The notes beneath the pieces are model-generated. The model did not search any database. It worked only from the letters and a program-made list of their open reading frames with translations, and was not told the DNA's origin. 57,780 nt of DNA, from assembly GCA_001600815.1 (NCBI GenBank), contig BCKZ01000008.1, positions 1,023,885 to 1,081,664 on the forward strand, given 5' to 3'. Origin of the DNA: Alloascoidea hylecoeti (taxonomy: Eukaryota). A program made the position numbers and the translations under genes. Positions 24,645 to 37,000 of the stretch are shown here, one piece after another (within the stretch, counting starts at the first letter, position 1; every line of letters starts with the position of its first letter).

Positions 24645-25415
24645 TTATTGCAAATTGACAAACATTCCACCATCTACTAAGATTTGTGCACCAGTGACAT
24701 ACTTGGATAAATCAGAGGCCAAAAAAATAGCAGGACCAGAAAGATCATCTGCAATACCTAATCTGCCTAAAGGAGTTCTGCTAATCATGTAATTTCTCTT
24801 CTTTTGATCGCTTAGGTCTTCCTTATTAATATTTGTTTCAATTGTTCCTGGGAGAAGAGCATTCGCTCTGATTCCATACTTTCCCATAGCGCAGGCGGTT
24901 GACTGCATAAGAGATAGAATACCAGCTTTTGTTGGAGTATAATGACATTGTTCAGCACCACCTACCAGTGCTGAAATACTTGAAACACCAATAATACTTC
25001 CGCCTTTTCCTTGTTTCTTCATTTGTCTAGCGGCTGCCTGGGTTGTATACCAACAACCATCCAAGTTTGTAGCTCTAGTTCGTTGATAAACTTCAATTGG
25101 CATCTCTGTAAATTCAGAAAATGGGCAAATACCTGCATTTGACACAAATACATTTATTTCACCAAATTTCTTAACTGTTTCATCAATAAGATGGGGTCCA
25201 GTCTCTGGGAGAGCAATATCGCCAGAAACTGCTAAAAAGTTATCAGCACCTATAAGTTTTGTCATTTCTTCAACAATTTTATCATTAGAAGAGCTTGCCC
25301 TATGATTAATTGCAACCTTGGCACCTTCTTTGGCCATATCAATTGCAATGGCATAGCCAATTCCATGAGTAGCACCAGTAATAGCAACAATCTTTCCTTC
25401 GAGTAATCCAACCAT
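24645..25415 (-). CDS. LRA1: L-rhamnose 1-dehydrogenase (SDR)
   Basis: Close match to Scheffersomyces Rha1/Lra1 motifs: GEINVFVSNAG, KQGKGGSIIGVSSISALVGG, HYTPTKAGILSLMQSTAC and C-terminal VDGGMFVNLQ. Confidence 0.92.
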   Translation of the reverse strand: MVGLLEGKIVAITGATHGIGYAIAIDMAKEGAKVAINHRASSSNDKIVEEMTKLIGADNFLAVSGDIALPETGPHLIDETVKKFGEINVFVSNAGICPFSEFTEMPIEVYQRTRATNLDGCWYTTQAAARQMKKQGKGGSIIGVSSISALVGGAEQCHYTPTKAGILSLMQSTACAMGKYGIRANALLPGTIETNINKEDLSDQKKRNYMISRTPLGRLGIADDLSGPAIFLASDLSKYVTGAQILVDGGMFVNLQ

Positions 25416-27633
25416 TTCAATTCAAGGGATTATTTTTGTAATATATTAATTAAGATTTTATATCAATCTTTGATGTGGGTAAAAGATAAGACAACTTATG
25501 GGGGTTATAAATAATTTTTCAAGCCATGGTTCTCATTAATCCTTAATGTTATGTTTGTGTCCACGGACGAAAGCTAACCCGAGAGGGAGTCATATTGAGC
25601 CGGCTTCGGTGTCACATCACATTTCTGTATTTGAATATATTTTATATATATCATGATATAGCTTGTAATTTTCCGATGATGATTTATAAAAGATCATCCT
25701 CAATTAATTAACCATGACTAATAGAATCGCTATAGGATCATAATAATGGAAAATTGAATTATAAATGTCAAACATCAACTAACTACTTAATTAATTACTC
25801 TACTGTATAGCAAAGAGCGGTTAAAAAGCCTTTAAACTTGTAAGTTGAGAACACACAACTCTTTATTTTTACATATGATTTAGTAAGATATCTTCATTTT
25901 TGTTCTTATCCGATGGTGCACGTGGCCTCGATATTGGCTCAGGAAGATTATTTGAATATTCAATAAACGTCAATGATAGAACATATGCTGTTATCTTCTT
26001 AAAATTCATATTATAGCTATCGATATCGATTTCCTTCAGGTTCCCCATAAATGTCCACGATTACTGGCGGACTAACTGGTACAGATCTACACATGGCCCT
26101 AATTTCTTCGGCTTCTCATCTTATGACCAGCTTCACTGGATTCGGAGAAATATGAAAACTATGAGACGTTATTGCTTTGTATTTAGCTATATTTGCGAAA
26201 ATACTGTTATGGATTCTAAATTTAACCTCCTAAGTTTCAAATACAACTAGCCCCTTGAATAGGGGTAGCCCATCAAAAATATCCTAGCCCGATATTCTTC
26301 TTAAACATCTCCATATACTGACTGAAGGTTTCAAATAACTTATCTAATCTAGTTCCAAGAAATATTATCCCCTTAAGAAGATGTCTAGGCAGTCCTGAAC
26401 ATTTACAAACGGTCTCATATTTTCCATAAGTTACATTTACTTTATCTTTTAAATTTTGATTGGTTAGATCATCTAAATTTACATCATTATTACTAAGTTA
26501 CAACATTGTTTTTAATATACTATGATTGGCCCGGGGGATGATTGAAAAGTTTACCTCGGGTGGACAACTGAAGTATAATACAATTTTATTTTTATCTATA
26601 ACTAAGTAATAATAGCTTCACTAAGTCAGTTGGGAAGCTGGAACTTAGCGAGATTGGATTTTAAGAACTAATGGTATTTTAACAAGCAGAGAGCTGAAAA
26701 GAGAAAGTATTTCCATGGAATGAGATAATGAACCAGTTAAATTTTTGAGTAACTAATAAGGCTTGGATGTTAAAATGCAGAATATCAACAGTATTGTTAC
26801 TAATATATTATAAGTTCAAATTTTCTTCCAATAGTCTGGCTATTATGATTCTCGATATTTTGCTCACATGATCAGTCTACTCAATTAAATTTAAATATAG
26901 GTAGTCTTGATGTAATTATATGTGACTGTAAGAGTAGGCTGTTACTCTCTACTCTCTAGATATAGAGTTTATATTTATTTGGATTTCACTTCACAACGTT
27001 AACTCTAAAAGTTTGTGGAGAGTTGGAGATGACTTGTCTTTTTGGCCCGTATTAAAGGATATATAATTACACAGATGGATTATAAGGTTGGATTGATACC
27101 AATGCTATACCCAAGCTTACGGAAAGTATTGAATCTTTATTCTTTCAGTTATCATTTATAGAACTTATACTGGGGTAATCGGTTAGCAATAGGAATCGCT
27201 TGAAGGGAAAACTGAAGGAATAAAAGCAATCTTATTACTGGAAGATTACGAAATATTTAAATATTTACTGTGATTGTGGGATAATAAGGATCTTCTTCAA
27301 TTTTTACAACGGCTGATTTTATCCGATCCGATAATTATTGAGGAGATGGTATATTCTTAAGTAAACGTTTTTTGGTCAGTCTGCACATAAATTATTACCC
27401 CACATTTAAAATAAAGACCCGTGTTTATTATTGACCTATAGGTATATTTAAGCAGCTTTTAACGTAGTTGGGTCATCCGATGGTCGATTTCATAAGAAAG
27501 AAACCCGTAAATGTGGGAGTTACATTTTTTTATTATATTCTAAACTCCATTAACTTTGCTTTTCTATAAAAGACCCTATATCACCAGTCATTAAAGTCAA
27601 ATTTTAACTATTATCAAAAGTAATTCTTCTAAA

Positions 27634-28743
27634 ATGCATGATATTCAATCAAGTTCAAAAATTGATGACCTTTCTTACGGTTTTATTGGGCTAGGTCGGA
27701 TGGGTTTTCATATGGCCGAACATATTATCAAGCAACATCCATCTTCTCCGAATTGCAATTTTAAACTGTATGTTTATGATATCAACCAACAGTCAGCAAT
27801 TAATTTTTCCAATCACATTAATGATAAATATAAAACTTCTACTGTTACGGTCTATTCATGTTCTACACTAAAAGATATTGCCGAGAATTGTTCAATTATT
27901 TTCACAATGGTTCCTAAACCGGAACACGTTCTTGAAGTCTATGATCTAATAATATCAGATATTAAGCAAAATGATGATACCGATAGTCAATTGAAAAGAA
28001 TTTGGAATTTTCAAAAAGATTCAGAATTACCATTCTCAAGAATATTTATTGACTCGTCAACAGTGGATCCTACAACTTCTAAAAAGCTATTTTCAAAAGT
28101 AGCTAATATCAAACAATTAAATGCTACATTTATTGATGCTCCTGTTAGTGGTGGTGTAAGAGGGGCTGAATTAGGTAGTTTAACGTTCATGTTAGGAGCC
28201 TCTGATGTTATTACACAAAATGAAAATCTTAAAAGTAATATTGAACCTATTTTTAAAAATTCAGATGGATCTTTGGGTATGGGTAAATCTGTTGTTTGGT
28301 GTGGTAATACTGGTACTGGTGCTTTTGCAAAATTATGTAACAATTATGTTTTAGCTGTAACAAATCTTGCTACTTGTGAAGCATATGCTTTGGCTCATAA
28401 AGCTGGCATAAAAGATGAAGTGTTTCATGAGATTGCTAATACAAGCTCTGCTCAATCTTGGACAACCACCGTTAATACTCCTGTTCCTAATATTAATAAA
28501 AATTCTCCTGCTTGTCGTGATTATGAAAACGGATTCGCGATTTCACTTGTTAAAAAGGATGTTGGGCTTGCATTAAAAGAGTTTGAGAACGCTACTAAAG
28601 ATCACGGTGACGATAAGTTATTATTGCCTGCTTTAACTTATGATATTTATGATAAATTAGATCAATTAGAAGATGAAAAATTAAGCCAAAAGGACCTTGG
28701 TGTTTATTATAAACATATACTTTCCAATAATTTCGATATCTGA
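27634..28743 (+). CDS. 3-hydroxyisobutyrate dehydrogenase (beta-hydroxyacid dehydrogenase family)
   Basis: GFIGLGRMG, FIDSSTVDP, DAPVSGG..GA..G.LTFM, AKLCNNY (catalytic Lys), N.PVP and GFAISLVKKD. Confidence 0.88.
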   Translation: MHDIQSSSKIDDLSYGFIGLGRMGFHMAEHIIKQHPSSPNCNFKLYVYDINQQSAINFSNHINDKYKTSTVTVYSCSTLKDIAENCSIIFTMVPKPEHVLEVYDLIISDIKQNDDTDSQLKRIWNFQKDSELPFSRIFIDSSTVDPTTSKKLFSKVANIKQLNATFIDAPVSGGVRGAELGSLTFMLGASDVITQNENLKSNIEPIFKNSDGSLGMGKSVVWCGNTGTGAFAKLCNNYVLAVTNLATCEAYALAHKAGIKDEVFHEIANTSSAQSWTTTVNTPVPNINKNSPACRDYENGFAISLVKKDVGLALKEFENATKDHGDDKLLLPALTYDIYDKLDQLEDEKLSQKDLGVYYKHILSNNFDI

Positions 28744-29250
28744 AATATATGTATATGTACCAAATTAGGCTTAGCTAAAAATCAATTCTATATTAATGGT
28801 TATTTATATACACAGCGTTATATATTAACGATGTGCATTTATAAATCTAGGCTCTGTATTTTGTATTTGCCATTAAACTCACCCCCAATTGCTCTTTTAC
28901 ACCACATATTGTGTCACAAGTCATTTACGATTCCTTACTCTACTTTTGATTTCAGATTTCGATTTTGATACAGCAAATTGAACTAGTTTCTTGTATATTG
29001 AAGGAAAACTACTTTTTTTTTTTTTTTTTCAACTGGCCATTAAGGCTCTATCTTAAACTTCTATATCTATAAATACTATATCTATAAATACTATATTTAT
29101 AACTACCAAAAAATTGTGAAAATAAAAAAAACCTATCACTAATGTTATAGGTTCACTCTTTTTTGAGTAATGTTGTTACTTTTTATGGTATTAATGTCAC
29201 TATTTCCTACACCGCGTCCATTTCTTTTTATCCTGAGCGAAAAAAAATAA

Positions 29251-29331
29251 CGACACCAGCAGGACTCGAACCTGCGCGGGAAATCCCAAAAGATTTCTAA
29301 TCTTTCGCCTTAACCGCTCGGCCATAGTGCC
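29251..29331 (-). tRNA. tRNA-Ser(AGA), intronless
   Basis: GGCACTATGGCCGAGCGGTTAAGGCGAAAGATTAGAAATCTTTTGGGATTTCCCGCGCAGGTTCGAGTCCTGCTGGTGTCG: A/B boxes, long variable arm, AGA anticodon. T-run Pol III terminator at 29240-29247. Confidence 0.97.
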
Positions 29332-29559
29332 TTAGTTCTAGATTTAGGATCACATATAATATTTTATTTGCTATTAGTAAGGTTTGAACTCGGGACAGAA
29401 TTTACATAGTTTCTAGCTATATAATTTAATTGGAAAATATATGAAAAGTTAAAAAAAAAAAAAGGGACAAGATTACAATTTAATACAACAGACAATTTGT
29501 AGGAATTAATAACTAATAAGTAAATGAATAAACTAACAATTAATCTGTTTAATAACTAA

Positions 29560-30180
29560 CTTACAAACTAATGAATCCTTCTCCTATAGGGAGGGAAATT
29601 GGGGAGCTTATAGGCATATCACACAATTAAAACTGATAACGACTAGGCATTAAAGATCCTCCTCCTCCTTTTTTTGGAGGAAGTATTTAGAGTGCAAAGA
29701 GGAGAGGAAGTCACAAAATTATTCCAATAATCTGTCAGTCAAAAAAAGTATGAAAAAGCTAAAGTAATTGTACCCAGAATTGAAAAATGAAGATTTGAAG
29801 CAATAGTGGAAAAATATCAAGGAAGCGTACAAGAGGAACCCAGAGGAAGTACAATGAATTTATTTGCTTACCGTAGGATATATACCCTATATATGATTCA
29901 ATCCAATAAAAACGCAAAAACTGGTGATACAAATCAGATGTGTGGTATGTTAACAAGGAAAAAATGATGTTTGAAGAATGCTCGACCATAAAAATACTAA
30001 AAAAGAGAAAGATGCTATGATCCGACGGAGTAGGAATACTAGGAGTTAACATTGATGATAAATGCTAAAGAAAAAAAATATAGAAAAGAAGTGCCAATTT
30101 ATAGAAAAGGTATTAGAGAAATAGAATAAGATATGCAGGGACACAACATTTATGCATGAAGTATATATAAAGTCAAAAAA
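29560..30180 (+). mobile_element. Possible decayed non-LTR (L1/Zorro-like) retrotransposon ORF2 3' remnant
   Basis: Strongly A-rich + strand. Fragments LGIKDP (~GGLGI.D post-RT motif), *WKNIKEAYK..IYLL..GYIP, then CVVC and MFEEC in adjacent frames (~CCHC knuckle). Many stops. Confidence 0.3.
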
Positions 30181-30889
30181 AGTTAAGAACTATTGTCTTA
30201 GGTTATTTACTTATATTAATAAATAGTGCTAATATATCATTTAAAAAAGTGATAAAATAGTGATTCTTATTTAAAATTCACTAACTTGGAAATTAAAAAA
30301 AGAAAACTAACCACAATGGCTAATGTTCAGGATATGGTAGTTTCCGACGATTAATATTTATTATTTACTATGACAACATCTAAGATTAATGAAACTTCGA
30401 AGATGATGGAGAGTTGTATAAACTTCTCTTTATTTCATTTTCATTTAAATTTTTTGTGTTTGTGTTTGTGTTTGTGTTTGCAATTGACACCAATACGCTC
30501 GAGGACTTGCTAGTTAACTTTCTTGGTTAATAAAGGGATTAGAAATGCCATTTAAGTTCGCTTATTTTGCTGTTGTAGTTGTTATCATAGCTATATGCAC
30601 AAAAAGTTTTTCATTGATTATATAACACACCAGTGATTGCGATGAAATCAATGGCGCTAACTTATCGGATGAGAGATTACAATACAAAAGTTCACTTATT
30701 CATTTAACTTCAAAAGAGTGATTAACTATAAATTTATATCAAATACAAAAACAATAGATAATTAAAACATTTATATATACCAATGATAACATGAAAATAA
30801 ATATTTTTTAGAAAAAACAATAAACAATCCCTAAACCACATTATTATATACTAAATTTAAAAAAAAATAGTGAGCAAATTGAAATAAAA

Positions 30890-32656
30890 TTACACAATAG
30901 TTGGATACAATGATTTTTTAATAGTATCTTTCTTAATTTTAATTGGTGTTAGAGAAGTTTCTTCTTTTTGGAATTCATCAGATAGTAATAGAGATGCAAT
31001 TATTTGTCTTATTGCATTAATTGTTCTCCTATGATTTTCAATAGTTATTGTATCATCTTTAGTTGTATCTGTATTTGAAATCTTTAATGATCCAAAATCT
31101 GAAAGTAAATCTCCTATATCCTCTTTTTCAATTATATCATGATTTTTCGTAGTATCTTCCTCACTGACAGGATCAGTATCATTATCATGAATACAAGATT
31201 TTTGTGATATTCCAAATATTGATTTACGACTAAGTTCATGTGTAAATTGGGGATATTTTACAGTTGTAGGTAATATATCTTGTGGTTGTATAGGAGGTAA
31301 TGAATGACTATTATTACCACTATCAATATAATTATTAGTTCTATATGTTGTCGTGGTGTTGATTGAAGGATATAATGCTCCTGATGAAGGTTTAACTGGG
31401 TTATGATCAAGTGCCGTTGAAAGAGGTGGTAATACATATTTCTTTGATGAACGGTATGGATCTGTGCTGAGAGTTGGAGCCACAGCAGCCGTAGGGGTGT
31501 TTGAAATTAAAGTTGAAGTTGGGATTGTAATTGGGATTGTAGTTGGGATTGTAGTTGGTATTGGTTGTTGAAATGCCATAGTATATGCTGAAGCCTCGTC
31601 ACTACTACTTTTAATATTTGTACTGGGCATATTGTAAGATAAATTGGATAGAAATCTATCAGCGTATAAGAGCTCTTGGCGTGCATTGAAGTTCAAATTT
31701 TCTGGAGGTCCGGATATTGGTACCGAAATATTGGAGAAAGGAAGAGGATGTATAGGATCCATGCTGGGATTCGTGGATGTGTTGAATAAAGAATTGTTTA
31801 AAACTGAAAGTTTTGAGGCTATATCTGGAGTATATTCAGGAGCTGATTTTGTCCTTTTAACATCTCGACAAAAGTTACTAATCATGTCGACAGTTTCTTT
31901 ACGTTTTAGAGAAGTCTGAGGTGACGAGTGATTGCTCTCGGAGTCCATGTATTGAGTGGGAATGGATTGGGGAATAGTAGGCGTTGTTACGTACTGTGGT
32001 AATGGAGGAGATAATACCTCGCTAGTACCAATAGGGCGATAGTATGAAGGATTGACAACCGGAAAAACTTGAGCTCTAGGTTGCTGTAAATAAGAATATT
32101 GTGGGATCTGAGGAGAAACTTGATAAGAAAACATAGTATTTGGCACATAAGGCAGTGCGTAATAGCCATAGGAAATAGCTTGAGGGCCCCCTAACATGGA
32201 CGGCGAATTACTAGTAAGGTTTGGATTTATATCATCGGTAGGGTTGAGTAGTTCCGATTCATCAGCATGTATTTTCAGATGTTTTTTCAAATCTTGAGGT
32301 CTTTTGAAACCCTTTGAACAAACATCACATTTATATGGTTTAAGAGGCACATGGACTCTAATATGAGAGGTTATGTGATCCCTTTTAACCGTATGAATAA
32401 CACAGTTATCCCAACAACAGTTCAGCTGGAGGTTATTGGTTGATTTCCTACCCACATGGGTCTCACACAAATGAGTGTACAAATCATCAGGAGAGAGGAA
32501 TTGGAGGTCGCACTTGTCCCATTTACAAGTGAACATCTCTGGGTTATCATGAGGAGGCGAGTTAGATATAGATCTTGCGGTAGGTGGAGAAATAGACATT
32601 TTGGGCGAGGGATACGTCGTGGAGCCCGAGAGAGCCGAGAGATCTTTATTGGCCAT
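30890..32656 (-). CDS. RIM101: pH-response C2H2 transcription factor Rim101/PacC
   Basis: [66 protein letters not shown]. Rim20/PalA-binding YPxI motifs LYPSI and C-terminal LYPTI. Confidence 0.96.
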   Translation of the reverse strand: MANKDLSALSGSTTYPSPKMSISPPTARSISNSPPHDNPEMFTCKWDKCDLQFLSPDDLYTHLCETHVGRKSTNNLQLNCCWDNCVIHTVKRDHITSHIRVHVPLKPYKCDVCSKGFKRPQDLKKHLKIHADESELLNPTDDINPNLTSNSPSMLGGPQAISYGYYALPYVPNTMFSYQVSPQIPQYSYLQQPRAQVFPVVNPSYYRPIGTSEVLSPPLPQYVTTPTIPQSIPTQYMDSESNHSSPQTSLKRKETVDMISNFCRDVKRTKSAPEYTPDIASKLSVLNNSLFNTSTNPSMDPIHPLPFSNISVPISGPPENLNFNARQELLYADRFLSNLSYNMPSTNIKSSSDEASAYTMAFQQPIPTTIPTTIPITIPTSTLISNTPTAAVAPTLSTDPYRSSKKYVLPPLSTALDHNPVKPSSGALYPSINTTTTYRTNNYIDSGNNSHSLPPIQPQDILPTTVKYPQFTHELSRKSIFGISQKSCIHDNDTDPVSEEDTTKNHDIIEKEDIGDLLSDFGSLKISNTDTTKDDTITIENHRRTINAIRQIIASLLLSDEFQKEETSLTPIKIKKDTIKKSLYPTIV

Positions 32657-32736
32657 TTTGTTTAGGAATAAATTATGGTGGTTAATGTTGCTTTGTGGAC
32701 CTTTTTGGAGAAGATCGATGCATATGTAATGAGGAC

Positions 32737-32765
32737 TGCCAAGCTTTACAAAAATCTAGCTTGGC
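32737..32765. promoter_or_regulatory. Pair of inverted PacC/Rim101 sites (GCCARG) upstream of RIM101
   Basis: TGCCAAG at 32737-32743 and CTTGGC at 32760-32765. Confidence 0.65.
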
Positions 32766-32794
32766 GCCCGGTCTACATACGAGGTGCATGACGG

Positions 32795-32930
32795 CACGTG
32801 ATGAGGGTTGGACCCTAAATTAATTTTTTTCGGCTGACCTGATCTGCGCGTATATTCAGTACCAGTCGTACGTGTATATAGGTATATAGGTCTAAACCCT
32901 ATATACACACAAACAGAAAATTCAGTCACA
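32795..32930 (+). promoter_or_regulatory. Ribosomal-protein promoter module: Cbf1 E-box, Tbf1-like palindrome, Homol-D
   Basis: CACGTG at 32795-32800; TGAGGGT-tgg-ACCCTAA at 32802-32818; CAGTCACA at 32923-32930. Confidence 0.65.
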
Positions 32931-33055
32931 TACGCACTCCACTCAGTAAATGACAGAATGATCTATATAAACCGATTTTCCACCTTCAATATTTAACTCA
33001 TCACAGTCGAAACATCCACCCGGACATACCAAATATTTGGAAGACTTATTAAACA

Positions 33056-33706
33056 ATGTCAAAAATTACTGCCGCCGGCGTTAGAGGTAACGTCAGGGAG
33101 CTCTTGGAGCATTCCCAAACAAAAAAGAGAAACTTTTTGGAAACTGTTGAATTACAAGTTGGTTTGAAAAATTACGATCCTCAAAGAGATAAGCGTTTCT
33201 CTGGTACTTTAAAACTTCCTCAAGTTCCAAGACCTAACATGTCTATCTGTATTTTTGGTGATGCTCTTGATGTCGATCGTGCTAAATCTATTCAAGTTGA
33301 TGCTATGTCTGTCGATGATTTGAAGAAACTCAACAAGAACAAGAAGTTGATTAAGAAATTAGCGAAGAAATACAATGCTTTCATTGCTTCTGAAACTTTG
33401 ATTAAACAAGTTCCTCGTCTTTTGGGCCCACAACTTTCAAAAGCTGGTAAATTCCCAACCCCAGTTTCCCACAATGATGACTTATATGCCAAGGTTGAAG
33501 AAGTTAAGTCTACCATTAAGTTCCAATTGAAGAAGGTTTTATGTTTGGCTGTTGCCGTTGGTAATGTTGAGATGGACGAATCTGTCTTGGTTAACCAAGT
33601 TATGATGTCTTCTAACTTTTTGGTTTCTTTGTTGAAGAAGCACTGGCAAAACGTTGGATCTTTAGTTATCAAATCTACTATGGGTCCTCCATTCAGAATC
33701 TACTAA
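33056..33706 (+). CDS. RPL1: 60S ribosomal protein uL1 (L1/L10a)
   Basis: [47 protein letters not shown] and [11 protein letters not shown]; strong codon bias. Confidence 0.99.
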   Translation: MSKITAAGVRGNVRELLEHSQTKKRNFLETVELQVGLKNYDPQRDKRFSGTLKLPQVPRPNMSICIFGDALDVDRAKSIQVDAMSVDDLKKLNKNKKLIKKLAKKYNAFIASETLIKQVPRLLGPQLSKAGKFPTPVSHNDDLYAKVEEVKSTIKFQLKKVLCLAVAVGNVEMDESVLVNQVMMSSNFLVSLLKKHWQNVGSLVIKSTMGPPFRIY

Positions 33707-34097
33707 ATGTTCTTTAATATATGTTAGTTTATTTATTAGCTTAAATGAATTAAATTTTAAAATATGTTAAAAATTATTTGGTGTGTATTGTATATAATTT
33801 AATGTTAATGAAAACAATGCAATCTTTTGTCTATAATTAAGTGCCTCTAATTTTGTAAATTACATGTTTATTGATTACATGATCTTCTATATTACAAGAG
33901 CAATTAATAAGGATTTTTTTTGCCTATTTACGTTTAATTATAGTAGAACTTCTCACAACTTGTTACAACATTGTAAAAATTTTAACTGTAAGCTTAAGTA
34001 AACAAATAATACTTTTAAGGTTACTGATTGATATAATATTACCCGGACTTTAGATATATCAGTCTAACTGCATTAATAGTGTTATGCCATATTCTTC

Positions 34098-37000
34098 ATG
34101 GATTCCTTATTTATTCAAGATAATGATAATGATGATGTTTCCTGTAGTGAGGGAAATAAAGTAGCAGGAGAGGTTGGAAAGTCTGCAACTCCCTTCCTTG
34201 AAGTAGAAAAAGACTCGGTACAAGATTTAGCTATATCGAAATCAAATACAGATGTAGGTGATGATATTTTAGAACCATTGTTTATTATGGATCATGATGA
34301 AAATAAACAGGAAGATGCAAAAGAAGAAGAGGAATTGGAGCTATCGGAACCTGTTCATGTTAGTTTAAACCTTCCTTTACGGTATCAACAACAAATTACA
34401 CAGGAATTATTAAAAGAAGATGGTCTTTTATTATTAGCTCGGGGTCTGGGTATAAATAAAATCGTTGCTAATGCTCTTCATGCTTTAAGTACACCTGCTA
34501 TTTTTCATAAAAAGAATCATAATGACAATAATAATAAGACAAATCTATCATTTTTTGAAATAAAGAAAAAGAGTCTAATTCTCTTATTGAATGCAAAAGA
34601 TGATGAAACAGAATATATTTCTTCTATATTAAATGAATTATCATGGATTGATAATCTTTATGATCCAGATTTATCATTTGATGAATTAGATACAACAGAA
34701 AATTTAAAACCTTATCGAAAACCACATTTTAGAGTATTAAAAGGTGATTCTCCAACAATTGCTCAAAGATCAAAATATTACAATGAAGGTGGTATAATAT
34801 CTATTACATCTCGAGTTTTAATCGTTGATATGTTATCACATATAATTGATATAAATACAATAACTGGTATATTTATAGTTCGCGCGGAAAATGTATCAAT
34901 TAATTCAAATGAATCTTTTATTTTAAAATTATTTAGAGAAACTAATAAATGGGGTTTTATAAAAGCCGTTTCTGAAGAAATTGAAAGGTTTTCAAGAGGT
35001 TTTGATCCTTTAACAAAAAAATTAAAACTATTAAAAGTTAATAAAGTATTTTTATGGCCAAGATTTCATATTGAAGTTACAAATTCATTATATAATATTA
35101 ACAATAGTAACAACAACAATAAAAAAGATTCTTCTGCTAATTCAACCTCAGTTATTGAAATTAATGTTGAATTAACTGATCTAATGAAAGAAATTCAAAC
35201 TGCTATATTACAATGTATTGAAGCATCTATATCGGAATTGAAGAAATTAAATCAATCATTAAATATAGATATGGAAGATTGGAACGTTGATAATTTCTTA
35301 AATGATAATTTTATTCAAATGATTAGAACTCAATTAGACCCACAATGGCATAGAATTTCATCATCATCAAAACAATTAGTTACTGATTTATCAACATTAA
35401 GATATTTATTAAATGATTTACCAACTGATAATTGTATTTCGTTTTATAGATCAATTCAAAATATGATTGATGAAGCAAAAGAAAAGAAAAAATCAACTAA
35501 TGATTTACCTTCATTATTTTTATTAGATGCTTTTTCAACATTAGTTTCAAAATCAAGAGATAGAGTTTATACTTTAAAAAATAATATTAAAAGAATTAAT
35601 GAAGGTGATGTTGAAATCAATACTAAAAAGCAAAATATTAAAAATGTAATTAATGATGATAGAATTGTTGCTGTTTTAGAAGAACAACCAAAATGGGAAC
35701 AATTGGCTTTTATACTAGATGAAATTGCAAGTGAACAAGAAAGACAACCTCAATCAATTTCTAATAATTTAGGACCTATATTAATCATGTGTTCAAGCCA
35801 TTATGTTTCAAAAGATATTCAGTTTTTCTTATCAACAATGAAAGAAGATAATACCTTGAAGTCGGAAATTAATGGATTACAAGGGAAACATTATTTTTCT
35901 TCAAAAATGATGGTCAATAAATTAAAGCAATACTTCAAATGGAGGCAATCAATGTCGAAAGCAACTCCACATTTCAGAAAACCAGTAGATCCTTCATCAT
36001 TGCCCTCATCATCTGGAAATGTTACCCATACAGGTGAACACTCAAGATCTGCTAACGATTCATCATCAGCAAATCCTCCATCTAATAGCAATAATAGAGA
36101 TATATTATTGAGGAATACAAGACGTCCATTTTATAATAAACGACGGAGAACTCGGGGTGGTTCCACTGCCGTGTCTTCTTCTGATAGAGCGCAACTACTT
36201 ACTGAAAATATTTCAAAGGAAGACAAAGATATTGAATTTCTACTAGAAATAACAAACGAATTGCCATCTGAAGAAGAAGAAGATGATGATGATAATGAAG
36301 ATGATGTAGTTGAATTGTCTGACACCAATGAGGATATTGAAGTTGATAAAGAATCACCAATTTTCCGAAATTCTGATCGGAATAATCAAATAATAGTAAA
36401 GCCCTATAATATTGAATTAGATGATTCATTTTTAGAAGAAATAATGCCATCATACATCATTATGTTTGAACCAAACACTGCATTTATTAGAAGAGTTGAA
36501 GTTTATCAATCGATCTATAATAATATCTACTCAAAAACTTATTTTATGTATTATGGAAATTCAACAGAAGAACAAAAATATTTAACTTCAGTTCGAAGAG
36601 AAAAAGACTCATTTACAAGATTAATTAAGGAAAAGGCAACAATACCATTAGATTTCACAACTGAAGATGATTCATCAATTAAATTCCGCCGGTCCAGAAA
36701 TATTAATACAAGAATTGCTGGTGGTAGTGGTAGTATTAGTAATAATAAATCATTGGTGATTGTTGATACCCGTGAATTTTCATCCTCATTACCATCGTTA
36801 ATTTATTCTGCTGGAATGACAGTTGTTCCATGTATGTTGACAGTTGGTGATTATATAATTTCACCGAAGATTTGTATTGAAAGAAAATCAGTTAGCGATC
36901 TGATTGGAAGTTTTAAAGATGGTAGATTATATTCACAATGTTTATCAATGCAAAGACATTATGAAATCCCAACTTTATTAATTGAATTTGATGAAACGAA

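Noticed and set aside
25564..25581. Gal4-type site upstream of LRA1
   Set aside because: Spacing is CGG-N12-CCG, not N11; cannot be assigned to a factor.
33292..33672. Antisense ORFs within RPL1, RAD1, the CaCA exchanger, HIBADH and the SDR genes
   Set aside because: Expected shadows of codon-biased sense genes.
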